This document shows, in pieces, positions 25,491 to 39,600 of a stretch of 64,000 nt of DNA. The position numbers and the translations under genes are program-made. Each line of letters opens with the position of its first letter. Position 1 is the stretch's first letter. The stretch is from Octopus vulgaris (lineage: Eukaryota). The stretch spans positions 19,282,001-19,346,000 of the forward strand of contig OX597833.1 of the NCBI GenBank assembly GCA_951406725.2, given 5' to 3'. A model generated the notes under the pieces. The model saw only the letters and a program-made list of their open reading frames with translations, did not search any database and was not told where the DNA came from.

Positions 25491-26678
25491 TGTAATTGTG
25501 TGCATATGTAACTGGTATTGGTTTGTTTACATGCCCCTAATTTGGCAGTTCAGCAAAAGAGCCAGTAAAATAAGTACAAACTCAAGAAATAAGTACTTGG
25601 GTCAATTTTCAACACTAAAACAATTTAAAGCAGGCAGTGGCCAAGCATGCCGATGCCCAATGACCGAAAGAATTATAAAAGGTGAAAGATATACAGAATT
25701 TAGTTGAATGTTTTGTCCTCAGCCCTCAGCATCTGCACAGGTCAAAAGTTTTAAAATATTACCTGTTCAATAAATGTGCCAGGTACTGCTGCACTCAACT
25801 GATTGTCTTAAAAATAAGATTTATTCTTCTTCATTACAGACTCACCTCCACCTCCACCACCATCACACAAAAACTGTTTTAGTTCATGAAAATACAAAAA
25901 CCTAGAAGAAAACAGGTGCAACCAGTTTATTCTATATCACAGTGCAACAGATAAGGTGAGGTTAACTATTTGAATGATTAATTAGTGAAAGTGTAAATGA
26001 AGCAAACTAGAAGCAGGTGACAGGTAAATGCAATTTATTAATTTTCTTTTGCAAATGAATCAAATTTCAATACAAACTTTTACAATTTTTTGCTGTTATC
26101 TAATTCATGTAAACTTTTTGTTCCTTTGAAAAATTTGGAAATTGGTCTAAACTGTTGGAATTGTTAAAGAAGGGCAGTTAGAATCTCTGAAGTAAATGAA
26201 GAATTTTAATATGGTTTTCTTTATACTGCTAAGAAATTTAAAAAAAAAGGGAATCATTTAATAAAATAGGAAGAAAGAAATAGTTGAGGAATGGATGGTT
26301 AAACTAAAAGAGCAAGACATCAAATTCCCAAATTTCTCACAACAGATTTGTTCTTTTTCATTACAGGGGAAGAGAATAGAGAGACAGGTGGGTGTAGAAA
26401 TAAAATGAACATGAGTTTATAACTAACAAGCTTTGTAAAAGTGAATACTTTAATACACAGAAAAAGATGACAGTCTTCTTGTAAAAAAAAACAATTAAAA
26501 AATGCAAAACAGAATATTTATATATACACACATATATATGTATATATATATATATATATTATATATATTTACAATTAGAATACATTGGTTGCTGCATAGC
26601 AGCAAAGTTATAATCCTTTAGACAAGAGAAAAGGAAACATAACATGAAAGGGAGTGAAAGGAGTGGGGATAGCATGAG

Positions 26679-28453
26679 TTATCGTTGGGTATCTAATGAT
26701 TTGGGCTGCCAGACTGGGGCTGTTGATTTAGGAAGTGCTGGCCGATTCCGAATGATATCTGCTGCTTTTTCAGCAAGCATGCAAGTTGGACCGTTTAAGT
26801 TGCCACTGACTACACTGGGCATGATTGAGGCATCTACGACACGAAGATTCTCAATTCCATAGACTTTAGTGTCAGGGCCGACCACAGCCATATTATCTGA
26901 TGGATCTCCCATCTTGCACGTACAAGATGGGTGATAGGCACTGTCAGACATCTGACGGATATATGCATCGATTTGTTTATCACTTTGGACATTGGGACCA
27001 GGAGCTAGTTCCTCACCTCTATAAGGATCAAATGCTTTCTGTGCAAATATCTCTCTTGAGAGTTTGACATTATCTCTCATATCTACTACATCTTGTTCGG
27101 TTGTAAGGTAGTTAGCAACTATAACTGGATGAACCTTAGGGTCTTTAGACTTCAATTTCATATAGCCCCTACTTGTAGGTCTCATAGGACCCACATGAAC
27201 TTGATAAGCATGGCATGGGCCTACTTTGCGTCCATGATCATTAACAGTAGATGGCAGAAAGTGGAATTGAATATCTGGATGTTCTAAACCAGGTCTACTG
27301 CGAATGAAACCTCCAGATTCTAAATGAGATGTAGCACCATCACCTGTAAAAGTCAGAAACCATTGAAGTCCAATTTTGATCATGACATGTGGGAACTTCC
27401 ATTGCGCTTTGTACAATGTGATTGGTTTAAGACATTTCTGTTGAATATAGACTTCAAGATGATCCTGAAGATTTGAGCCTACGCCAGGTAAATGATTAAC
27501 AATTGGAATGTCCAGTTTTTTAAGGTCATCAGCATTGCCAATACCAGAAAGCATGAGAAGTTGTGGGGAATTGATAGCACCACCACTTAGAATCACTTCC
27601 TTGTTGGCCCTTACTTGGTGAATGACACCTTTCTGTTCGTACTCAATGCCAACTGCTTTGTTACCTTCGAAAAGGATCCTCTTGGCAAATGCATTTACTT
27701 CAGTGTCTAGGTTTGGTCTTTTTAACGACTTCCTCAGGTAAGCACTAGCTGTACTCCACCTCTTACCCTTGTGAACAGTCATGTCCATCCAACCAAATCC
27801 TTCTTGCTGGTAGCCATTCATATCATCGGTGAAGGGGTAACCAGCTTGAACACCAGCATCAATGAAAGCCTGGTGCAGCTCATTATTAGTCTTACCCCGA
27901 GATACATGCAAGGGCCCTTCTCCTCCCCGATATTCATCAGGACCCAGTTCATGTGTCTGAGATTTGCGGAAATAAGGTAAACAGTCTGCATATGACCAGT
28001 TCAAAGCCCCTTCCTTTTCCCATCGGTCATAATCAAGAGCATGACCCCGAATATACACCATTGCATTTAGAGAAGATGACCCACCCCAAACACGGCCCCT
28101 TGGCCAATACATTACTCGGTTGTCCATGCCTCTTTCCGGTTCTGTCATGTAGTACCAATTATATTTATCATCACATAGGTTGTACATCAGAGCTGCGGGC
28201 ATGTGGATCTTCCAAGTATAGTCCTTTGGACCAGCTTCCAATAGAAGTACAGTATTGTCAGCATCTTCTGTAAGGCGATTACTGAGGACACACCCTGCAG
28301 ACCCGGCCCCAACAACAACGTAACTATATTCCTTGGTGGCTGTCACTGAGTCTTTTGAAGATGTACTAAAATAACGACCAGTCGATTGGGTGCCTGAGAA
28401 AGGAGGTCGATGATGGCAGTGGGCAGTCAACATACCAGGGTTTATCGGCAGGG
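26679..28453 (-). CDS. CHDH: Terminal GMC exon copy A (proximal): choline dehydrogenase domain with canonical active-site motifs
   Basis: GAGSAG FAD motif, [37 protein letters not shown]. Acceptor tctttctcttaccctctag|CC is phase 1; a second in-phase acceptor ttctcag|GC lies at 28393. Stop is TAA. Confidence 0.95.
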
Positions 28454-31400
28454 CTAGAGGGTAAGAGAAAGATGAATGATAAGAAGTTTGTACAATAGAT
28501 AACAATTATATATAAGTTCACTTTAAAATCCAGACAGAACAAAACTAATACCTGAAGCAAGTGACTAATAAAATTATAAAATAAGTTAATAATGATTAAA
28601 TTAATTAAAGAACAAAATAAATAAAAATGACATAAATGCTGCGGTAATTAAGGTGACAAGGGTAAAGCAAACGAAGCATATCACAAAGGTAAAGGATTAC
28701 AATACATTCATAATAATAATAATAATAATTCTTTGCCCTAGGTGTCGGGAAGACACCCAGCAAGAAATGGAAACATAACTGAAAGAAAAAAAAAATAATA
28801 ATAGTAATAAGATCTCTTGCCTGGGCAGTGTTGTAGGAGAAGGCAGCAGAAGTACTCTTTAGAAAGGTACTTATGATCAACCACTCCAAAACAAACAAAC
28901 AAATAATAGATAAATAAAAATAAATAAAGTGAAATAAAGAAAAACACCAACAAATCAAACTTTCGAAGCTATCAAATCTTCAACATTTTTCTGATTTCTA
29001 ATATTAGTGTGTCTAGCTAAAAAAATTTCTAACGGTAAGGTACAACCAACTGATTCAACTTTGGTATATTGCTGGTAGTTATTTTATCAATAATTTGATA
29101 AATAGATGAAAGGTTGATAACCATTAAAGACTGCACAGTACTGTTGTTCTCCTGATTCTGCCATCCCACTGCCCTGGACATACTAATGGCAGCATTAAGA
29201 CTATTCTGTAGAGACCTGAATAAGTGGAAATCCGAAGGAGCAATATTTGGTGAATATGGAGGGTGGGGTAACATATCCCAGCCGAGCTGCAGCAATTTTT
29301 GTCTGGTTCCCAAAGCATCAAGTGCTGAAAATGAACTTTCTTATCTTCGATTTTAAAGGGTTACAGAATTAACACAGGTTATAAGAACATAAACCTTCTT
29401 CCACGAAAAGATAGCTTAAACTGTGCTCTAAATGGAGGTGTAGTCAAATCCTATTTTATGGACTCAACCATGTTCTAAAATAAGTCGAAAGGTAAGCTAC
29501 TATAAATTGGCACGAACTTTCCAGACAGCCCAATAAATAAGCATCACACTTGACAGAGTAATCTGAATGCTGAAGAACTAATTAAAACAAAGGCAGTGTA
29601 TTTCAACAGAAATATGGTAACAAAAGGGTTAAAGACCCTCTAGAAGAGGGAGTTTTACATTTTTCAAAGCTTGTGTAACTGCTACTAAAAGATTTCTTCA
29701 TATTCTTCGTTTAACATTTATATTCTTTCTTCAAGAACAGATATCTGAAATAATCTATTGACTATTGTGTTTCCCTATTGATCATAAGTAACAAAGTATA
29801 ACAATATGATACTGTGACTGGTTCAGTTGATTGTACCATCTACCCTGCAACAAATAATAACCTAGTGCCTGCAAATATATATAAATCAAAATAAGCAACA
29901 AGGATATCCAGAGATAATGCAGTACAATCGTTTCATGCAGCTCCATTTAATTGAACAATGCAATCATTACATCAATTTAAAATGAAGAGCAATCCTCAGC
30001 TGTACAAAGACATAGAATTTAATTAAATTAGAACAGATGGACACATTAGTATAATTATACCTAAAATCTTCAAGAAGTTAAGGAGATAGACAAAGAACAT
30101 GCTGGCAGAGTCTGTAACAATGTATATCTTCTTGATAACTTCTATGCTGGAGTGAAGCCAGCATGTTCTTTGTCTATCTCCTTAACTTCTTAGAGATTTT
30201 AGGTATAATTATACTGTGTCCATCAGTTCTAATTTAATTAAATTCTATGTCTTTGTACAGCTGAGGATTGCTCTGCATTTTAAATTGATGTAATGATTGC
30301 ATTGTGCAATTAAATGGTGTTGCTTGAAACAATCATACTGCATTCCCTATGGATATCCTTGTTGCTTATTTTGATTTTAATCACCTTACTTTGAAATTGT
30401 ATGGCTAATACCATACTAAATTCTGGTTCCTCAACTTTAGTACCATATTCATCTGAATCTAAATTTTTGCTATATATATATATATATATATATTATGATG
30501 TAGTAAAAGTTACATAAATATTTTTGACAGAAAAGGAAAACACATTTTATATAATATTATGGGATGTAACAAATCTTTAAATTTGAAATGAGAAATTAAC
30601 TGTAAACAGCACAAAGACCATTGTGGAGCAGAGATGTGTGGGTAATAGTCATTGTTTCAACATCCACTTTTCCATGGTTGCATAGATTGTGGAGGCAGAT
30701 TTTCTACAGCTGGATGCTCTTCCTGTCACCAACCATTACCTGCTTCCAAACAAAGCAATATATCTCCCCATGGCCAGACATGTTTGCACAGAAAATTAGA
30801 AATGAATGACATCCATTTACAACAATTACATAATGTCAACACAATTATACACAAACTTACATAAACACACATATACATAGAACAGGCTTCTTTCAGTTTC
30901 CATCTACCAAATCCACTCATAAGGTTTTGGTCAGTGTGAGGATATTAGTAGAAGAGATTTGCAATAGTCAATAGATATTCAAATTAAACCATAAAACTGT
31001 TAACAGTAGAGAAGTTTGAGGGATTATCTATGAAGGTCTTTGAGAGAAAGGACATCAGTAAATTATTTAAAAAAAAAAAAAAAAATCTGTACTATAGTGG
31101 GACAGTAATGATGGGCTACTTTCTCTCCATTGGTTGCTGCATAATTTGAAAGTAAACAGTTTGAGGCTGTGCGGTAGGAAGCTTGTTGACAACCACCTTG
31201 TTTTGGGTTCAGTCCCACAGCGTGGCAACTTGGACAAATGTCTTCTACTATAGCCTCAATCCGAACAAAGCCTTGTGAGTGGATCTGGTGGACAGAAACT
31301 GAAATGAAGCTGGTCATGTGTGTGTGTGTGTATTACTGTCTCTTTGCTCCCCCCCACATTGTGTGACAGAGCTGTAAACGAGCGTCACTGTCATGTATGT

Positions 31401-33748
31401 GGTGTCCATCATTTCCAATCATCTGATACTTGCCTGGACATAGAAATATTACTTAGCTTGGAAACAAGTGAAGGTTGGCAACTGGAAAGGCATCCAGCCA
31501 TAGAAAATCCACCTTAACAAATACCTATTTCTTTACTGCCCACAAGGGGCTAAACACAGAGAGGACAAACAAGGACAGACAAATGGATTAAGTCAATTAC
31601 ATCGACCCCAGTATGTAACTGGTACTTAATTTATCGACCCCGAAAGGATGACAGGCAAAGTCGACCTTGATGGAATTTGAACTCAGAACGTAGCGGCAGA
31701 CGAAATACCACTGAGCATTTTGCCCGGCGTGCTAACGTTTCTGGCAGCTTGCCTTAACAAATACCAAGAGACCAATGCCAGTATGGAAAAGTGGATGTTA
31801 AAATGATGATGATATATTCATCATAGCAGCTGTCACAGCTTGTGTGTCTGGGCATAGTGGAACTTTTTATGTGGTTTACTGGTTACTCCTCATTTCAATG
31901 GCTATAATATTAGATTTACTTCATATTTGCATCTGCTTTTTATCACATTCCTAGTTCTATACAGAAAAACAAATATATAAAAAAAAGACAGAAAAGGTAA
32001 TGGTTCAACTGAAATTAGATTTTGTTAATCAAAAGAAATAATTATGATAATGAAGAAAACCTGTCCTTAGTGATACAGCATTTGAGATTAGAGAGAGAGA
32101 ATAAAAAAAAAAAAAGAAAAGAAAACCCCTGTTTTTTAAAGGTCTTAACTTTTCAGCAAAGTATTTGTAGTGCTTAACTCTTTGAATGTGGAAAGTAGAT
32201 ATATCCAATCAAAATTTTATTACCATTAACTGTGGAAAGTGGTTTTTATCTTTGAGGCTTTGAGAAAAATACTTGTTATGCTGCAATCAGCAGAGACATT
32301 ACTATTGCCACTTTTCACAAAAGACAATTTTTCAGATTTTCTTAATTTTTATCACATGTGGCATGTCAAAAACACCATTCAAGCGTGATCGTTACCAGCA
32401 TCGCTGGCATGTGTAAAAGATTTGAGTGAGGTTGTTGCCAGTGCCACCTGACTGGCCCTGTGCTGGTGGCACGTAAAAAGCACCCACTACACTCTTGGAG
32501 TGGTTGGCATTAGGAAGGGCATCCAGCTGTAGAAACTCTGCCAGATCAAGATTGAAGCCTGGTGCAGCCATCAGGTTCGCCAGCCCTCAGTCATACGTCC
32601 AACCCATGCCAGCATGGAAAGCAGACATTAAACGATGATGATGATGATGATTTCATCAAATATCTCTTGACAGAGCAAGAATCAAATACTTTTAGTGGTG
32701 AAAAATAAAAAAAACTGTATCTACAGGAGATACTGACAAAAAAATACTGCAGAAGCAGAAAATATCAATTCTATATTTTGGTAAATAATCAACATCATTA
32801 CAGGAATGGCCATGAAATTTCATTTCACAGTCAAAAAGTGAAGCACATCAAAGATTTTAGATGAAGAAAGATGAATTCCGGAGATGCACTTGCATAGCAA
32901 GTGACCTGATCTGAGATTGTGTGCTGGAACGAAAACAATTGCAGTGCGGAAGGTGTTTATAAGCCATTTAAGAAACACACAAAAACGATTAGATCACCTT
33001 TAACATTTAAGTTTAATTTGTCAAAATATTTTCGTCGCTTTGAGACCGCAACCTGTTCACAGCACGGAATTTTGTCAGTGAACAGGTCGCGGTCTCAAAG
33101 CGACGAAAATATTTTGGCAAATTAAATTTCAATGAATCTAACGGTTTTTGTGTGTTTCTTAAATGGCTTATAAACACCTTCCACGCTGCAAAGATGAATT
33201 CATTTGGTGTAAAATCTTTGTTTTTAACCCTTTAGCATTCAGATTACAGTTTAATGTGATGTTTATTTATTCACATTGTTTTGAATTAATCATGCATTGT
33301 TTTGTAGCATTGAGATTTTAATGAGGTAACTGTTAATGTTTAGAATGATATTGCGAGGTTGGTGTAAGGGGCCAGATGCGGCCAGTTTGAACATAAAAAC
33401 AGGTAGAATATTTTGGATGGACATGGCTGGTTTAAGTGCTAAAGAGTTAAGACATCAAAATCCTGAAATTCATACCATTTTTTCTTGACCTTCTCTAACA
33501 GACATTTTAAAGTATTCTAATATATATTTGGTTTTAATAAAACAACATTTAGAATTTAATGTATTTTTTTTTTAATATTTTTCATTTTTATTATTTATTA
33601 TCAACACTTACAAAGTGAAGATAAAACAACAAAATAAAAACATGTTTTTAACATAACTCTCTAATTTTTTTAAATTAAAAAGAAAAAAAAATTGTTTATT
33701 TAAAAGAGGACAGCAGAACCCTTTTCAAGCAGCCAACAGAACCAAGAA

Positions 33749-33793
<45 letters not shown>

Positions 33794-36286
33794 CACATAT
33801 ATATGTCAAACACACACACACTCCCTGATACATATATATATTCACTTATATACTTATACATGCATGTAGACCTACATACATACAGATGTACTTATACCTA
33901 CCTACATACACACACAGATGCACACATACATTCATGCATACATACATACATACATATATAAAATAGCAATTAAGAGAGGAAGAAAGGGTAAAGGAAAGGG
34001 TAAAGAAGCAAGGTAAGGGCATAAAAATAGTTGATTGATTATTTATTAGAATTAAGAGAGCAACAGCAACAAAGAAAAACAGCAAAAACTGCTTACCTGC
34101 CTTTCAGAATATTGCAAATAACGGACAGATTTATTCCTTCACCCACAATATACAGTTTCATTCTCAGACATACAAGACCCCGACCCTTAACTAACACACA
34201 GGCATAGTCTTTCCAGATATCAACATGAACAATCCAGAAAATATACAAGACGTGGTATAAAAAGTGGAGAGGGATAAAAAAATTTTTTAAAGATGTCAGA
34301 TAGAGAGAATGAAATATATTTTGATAAATGTAGTAACAATAAAGATGAAAAAGAAATATGGAGCGGAATAAAGTGAAAAGAAAAATTATTTTAGCACAAA
34401 TATAAATAAGTGAATATTTCCTCCAATATGGATTAAGATTAATAGAATAAGAAAGACAGGAAAAAGAAGATATATATAGAAAGATATTAAGAATGGAATA
34501 ACAAGTATGAGATCAGATATTATTATTGGTCTTAAATTATCATAGCTTCTAAATAATCATTAATTAATTTATCAAAACTGATCAAATTAAATAACTGTTA
34601 AAAGGAATAAGTTTGGGGCTATGTGGTAAGAAGTTTGCTTCCCAACCACATGGTTTCAGGTTCAGTCCTGCTGCGTGGCACCTTGGGCAAGTGTCTTCTA
34701 CTATAGCCTCAGGCCGACCAAAGCCTTGTGAATGCATCTGGCCGACAGAAACAGAAAGAACCTTGTTGTATGTGTATTTGTACCAGTGCCTTAACACTGC
34801 TTGACAACTGGTGTTGGTTTGTTTACGTTCCTGTAACTTAATGGTTCAGTAAAAAAGACTGATAGAATAAGTACCAGGCTTAAAAAAGAAAAAAACAGGT
34901 TATGAAGTACAGAAGCTGAGAACGCAATAATTAAGACCAAACTTAAAAAGTCACCAAATAGATTAAATAGCTGATTTCATAAAGAATTGAAGTTAAGCTA
35001 AAAAAGCTTTACTTAGCTTAGAAACACTTCTAAGACTTAATCCAAGGAAAATATATGAATAATATATATGTACATATGAAATATAAGAATAAATTTATAT
35101 CAGATCAATATCCATTCAAGAGAAGACCTCTGTCTAAATTAAACATGGCAAAATATTGATTTTGTAATTTATATATATTTTGTATAATTATTTGTCTATA
35201 TCACTTTTTACTTTTTAAACATTTTATTTTTAACTTAATATGGTATAATGTAACAATCTGTTAAAATAAATTTATTATTTTAAGATATTGAAAAATAGTA
35301 ATCAACTTTGCAACACACAAAACAAGGAAAAAGTTTAACAAAGCCATTGAAGTTACTATTCACTAATTCCTTGTAAATATAACACACACATATATATATA
35401 CATGTATATATATTCATCAATGCATACAGTATAATAGATCTATTTTAGATCTTCCCATTTGGTTTCACACTGGATATTAGATAACAGTGTGGGTAATCAC
35501 TACCCCCATGTGCTTTTCAGAGATGGAATATGTATGTGTATATATATATAAAGTTAATCCAAACAAGAAAGCACAAAAAAACACAACAACGCGAGGATGT
35601 GGAACAAAGATAGAATTATTGGACGCTCAGGAAAGAAGGAGGGTTTAACGTTTCGAGCAGAGCTCTTTGTCGGAAACATAGGAGAAGGAAAGATCCAGAC
35701 AAGGGAAGACAGAGGAAAAAAAAAAAAAAGATCGCCAACGGTACACATGCGGTCACATTATATATATATATACACACACACCTGTGTGTGTGATACTCTA
35801 CTTAAAGGTATAATGATTCTTCACCCAACATTTGCGTTGTGTATGTATGCATATAACTGCATACAGATATATATACATTGCATTAGTCTTCTCAATTTCT
35901 TAATTTAACAATGCTTCAAATGAACTGAACTCACACACACACACATATATACACACATACATACACACATTTGCATATGTGTGCATACACACAGTAGAAG
36001 CATAAGAAATAAACTGGCATAGATTTGAAAGGAGACAAGAAAAATAAGCTCAAGAAGAACAGAGGTGGGTGACAAAAAAGAAAAGAAAAAAAAAAGGTTA
36101 TCATTCCTCTGTTCAGGCAGTAATTAACTAAGAAATCGGAAGTGAATATGTAGCAAGAGCTAGCTGATTAAAATAATTAGAGATCATTTGCCAAGTTCTG
36201 CTCAACACACTGATATTATATAACAAAAAAAAAATGTATGTTTTGAAGTAAATATTTGTGCAAAGATATAAGAAAATTAGAATGAA

Positions 36287-36325
<39 letters not shown>

Positions 36326-36381
36326 CACCATCATCAATGAATGGAATTAAAAAGAGTCATGGTGCAGAATAGCATTCTATG

Positions 36382-36421
<40 letters not shown>

Positions 36422-36622
36422 ATGTTCATTTCCAATTTTCCTTGAAAAATATGTCTGGCTTTGAAGATTTTTTTTTTACATTGCTTGGAAACAGGTGAGA
36501 GTGAAGGTTGGTGACAGGAAGGGCATCCAGCCATAGAAAATCTGCCTTGACAAATTCTGTCAGACCCTGGGAAGCATGGGAAGGCTGACATTAAATGAGG
36601 AGGATCTAAAACAACACACACA

Positions 36623-36661
<39 letters not shown>

Positions 36662-39600
36662 CACTCTTTACTCTTTTACAGTTATTTGACTGCAGCCATG
36701 CTGGAGCACCGCCTTTAGCTGAGCAAATTGACTCCAGGACTTATTCTTTGTAAGCCTAGTACTTATTCTATCGTTCTCTTTTGCCAAACTGCTAAGTTAT
36801 GGGTATGTAAACACACCAGTATCGGTTGTCAAGCGATGTTGGGGAGATAAATACAGACACACAAACAAACATAATATATATATATATATAGGTGTACGTT
36901 AGTTTAACAGTAGCACGCTTGCCACGAATACATAGACATGTGGGTTCGCATTCCATACATACGGCAACCCCTACTTTTTTCTGTTGAGGGCCTATATGCA
37001 CCAACATTAGACTATTTGCCTTAGTCAATGCACGGTGATCGCTTATAAAAAATATTATCATTATTCACACACACACACACGTATGTATATATAGGTATAT
37101 TTATGCATATATTCTTGTCATTTAATGTCCAGGTTCCATGCTTGTATGGGTTGGACCGTTTGACAGGATCCGATATGTCCAAGGACTGCATTATGCTTCA
37201 ATGTCTGCTTTAGCATGGTTTCTAAGGTTGGATGCCCTTCCTAATGCCAACCACTATAAAACTTGGACTGCATGCTTTTTTTTTGAGCCACCTGCACTAT
37301 AAATACACATATACGCGCATGCACACACACTCATGTATTATGTTTCTTTGCGTGTAATTATGTAATAGTCATATGGAATTAGGAGATCACACAACTGTTG
37401 ATTTAACGCAAGGAAAGTCCTGTGGTCATCAAATATGTCCCTTCAGATCTCAAACACTCAAATTACGTACGTACATATATATATATAAAAGCAAATATAT
37501 GTTACATCTATAAACAAATGTTACATGTTTCTTTATATATGTGTATGACTTATTTGTTTATATGTACAGGTAACATATAAAAGAATGTTATATATACACA
37601 AGAATATAGATATATGTAACAAATACATAATAAAAAGAAATATATAAAGAAATATGTTACATATAGAGAGAGAAAAAGGGGGAGAGAGAGAAAATGGGAG
37701 GGAAAGCGAGAGCGAGAATGAATTTCATTATTCAACGACATAGTAAATGCATCGTCAGGTTATTCAATCATTACCTTTTTTGTTGGAGGGCTGAGGAGAT
37801 TTGATAATTTTAATGTCAGAGACTGGATCAAGAAGGTCCCAGGCAGTGGGTAGTATGTGATCAGCGTGGGGTGCAAGCTCAGCTTTCGAACCAGTGCCAC
37901 TAAGAACCCCAATGCTTGCCTGTACATGGGCCTTTTTTCCAGAGTTGAGGTTTTTAGCACAGTCACTCACCACTATTGCCTCTGAAGGGGTGACACCCAG
38001 TTCATTACAGATCAAGGATGTTGCGTTGACTTCGGAGTTGCTGTCGTCTCCACACACCATCATATCCACATACTTCATTAAGCTGAATCGGTCGAGTATC
38101 TTGAAGGTTTCCTCGCGTGCATCTTGTGACATGATAGCAATCTTGATTTTATTTTGCTTCAAAGTTTTGAAAAGATGCTGAAGGTCTCCCAGAACTTTCA
38201 GATCTCCATACAATGAGTTCTTACAGTCTTTCCATGCCTGATTAACAGTCACTAATGATTCTTCATAACCAAGACCTTGTTCTCGAAGAAGTGACTTTAG
38301 AGCATCTTTAATCTCGGCTTTGGGACGTTCCGCAAGGATACCATGCTTCACCTTAAGAGATATTTTACAAATTCCAAGGCGTGAATAAACCTCTTCCATT
38401 AGTTCCATGTGTGTTAGTTCTTCGAGCCTGCAATGAAAAAACAAAGAAATCTTGTATTGTAATTAATAGTTTCAAATTTTGGCACAAGGCCAGCAAATTT
38501 CAAGGAAGGGGCAAATTAATTACATCAATCCCAGTGTTCAACTGGTAATTTATCAACCCCGAAAAGATGAAAGGCAAAGTCGACCTTGGTGGAATTTGAA
38601 CTCAGATCGTAAAGACAGACAAAATACCACTAAGCATTTTACCCGGTGTGCTGACAATTCTGCCAGCTCGCTGCCCTAATGTTGCATATAATTAATGTTA
38701 ACAAATATATAACAGAAGAAAATAGTTTGAAAGCAACCTTCTTATAGTTAAAGCAGGAGTGGCTGTGTGGTAAGTAGCTTGCTTACCAACCACATGGTTC
38801 CGGGTTCATTCCCACTGCATGGCACCTTGGACAAGTGTCTTTTACTATAGCCTCGGGCCGACCAAAGCCTTGTGAGTGGATTTGGTAGATGGAAACTGAA
38901 AGAAGCCTGTCGTATATATGTACATGTGTGTGTGTATGTATGTATATATATGTGTGTGTGTGTGTGTGTGTTTGTCTCCACAACATCGCTTGACAAATGA
39001 TGCTGGTGTGTTTACATCCCTGTAACATAGCGGTTAAGCAAAAGAGACCGATAGAATAAGTACTAGGCTTACAAAGAATAAGTCCTGGGGTCGATTTGCT
39101 TGACTAAAGGCGGTGCTCCAGCATGGCCGCAGTCAAATGACTGAAACAAGTAAAAGAGTAAATCTAACTTCATACCAGTCTTATTTCACAGTTAAGGAAA
39201 AGTTCTTAGATGTTTTTGTCTTAGATTTCATTATAATTTTCTCTAGGTATTTTTTGTTTCGTTTTCTTTGTTTTCTTTTATCACATTGCTAATACACATG
39301 CTAATCTGTTGCATATTACTAACACAGATATGTAGCACATATACGCAAAAAAAAAAAAATCGAAAAAGAAAAACCCAAACAACTTCGTATGTAAATTGGT
39401 TCTCATATTTCTGTTTCTGCTGTTAGTCAAGCAAATATCTAAATAGTTTGGATTTTTGTGAAACAGTGTTTCACTTACATAGAAAAGTTCAGCAGCACTT
39501 TATGGGTGAAAAGAAAGGAAAAAATACAGTAATTGGATTGGTTTAGAGAAATGCTTGCTGAAAACTGTACAGCTAAGATAAGATCAAAAATGCTAGTTGC

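Noticed and set aside
28454-28505. N-terminal extensions of the three GMC ORFs given by the ORF track (to 28505, 10020, 6332)
   Set aside because: They run through the polypyrimidine tract and acceptor, use non-ATG starts and differ among copies, so they are treated as intron.
4530-28505. Bacterial betA contamination or operon interpretation of the long intronless ORFs
   Set aside because: They are embedded in metazoan SINE/LINE sequence, preceded by spliceosomal acceptors, and have no betB/betI neighbours or operon structure.
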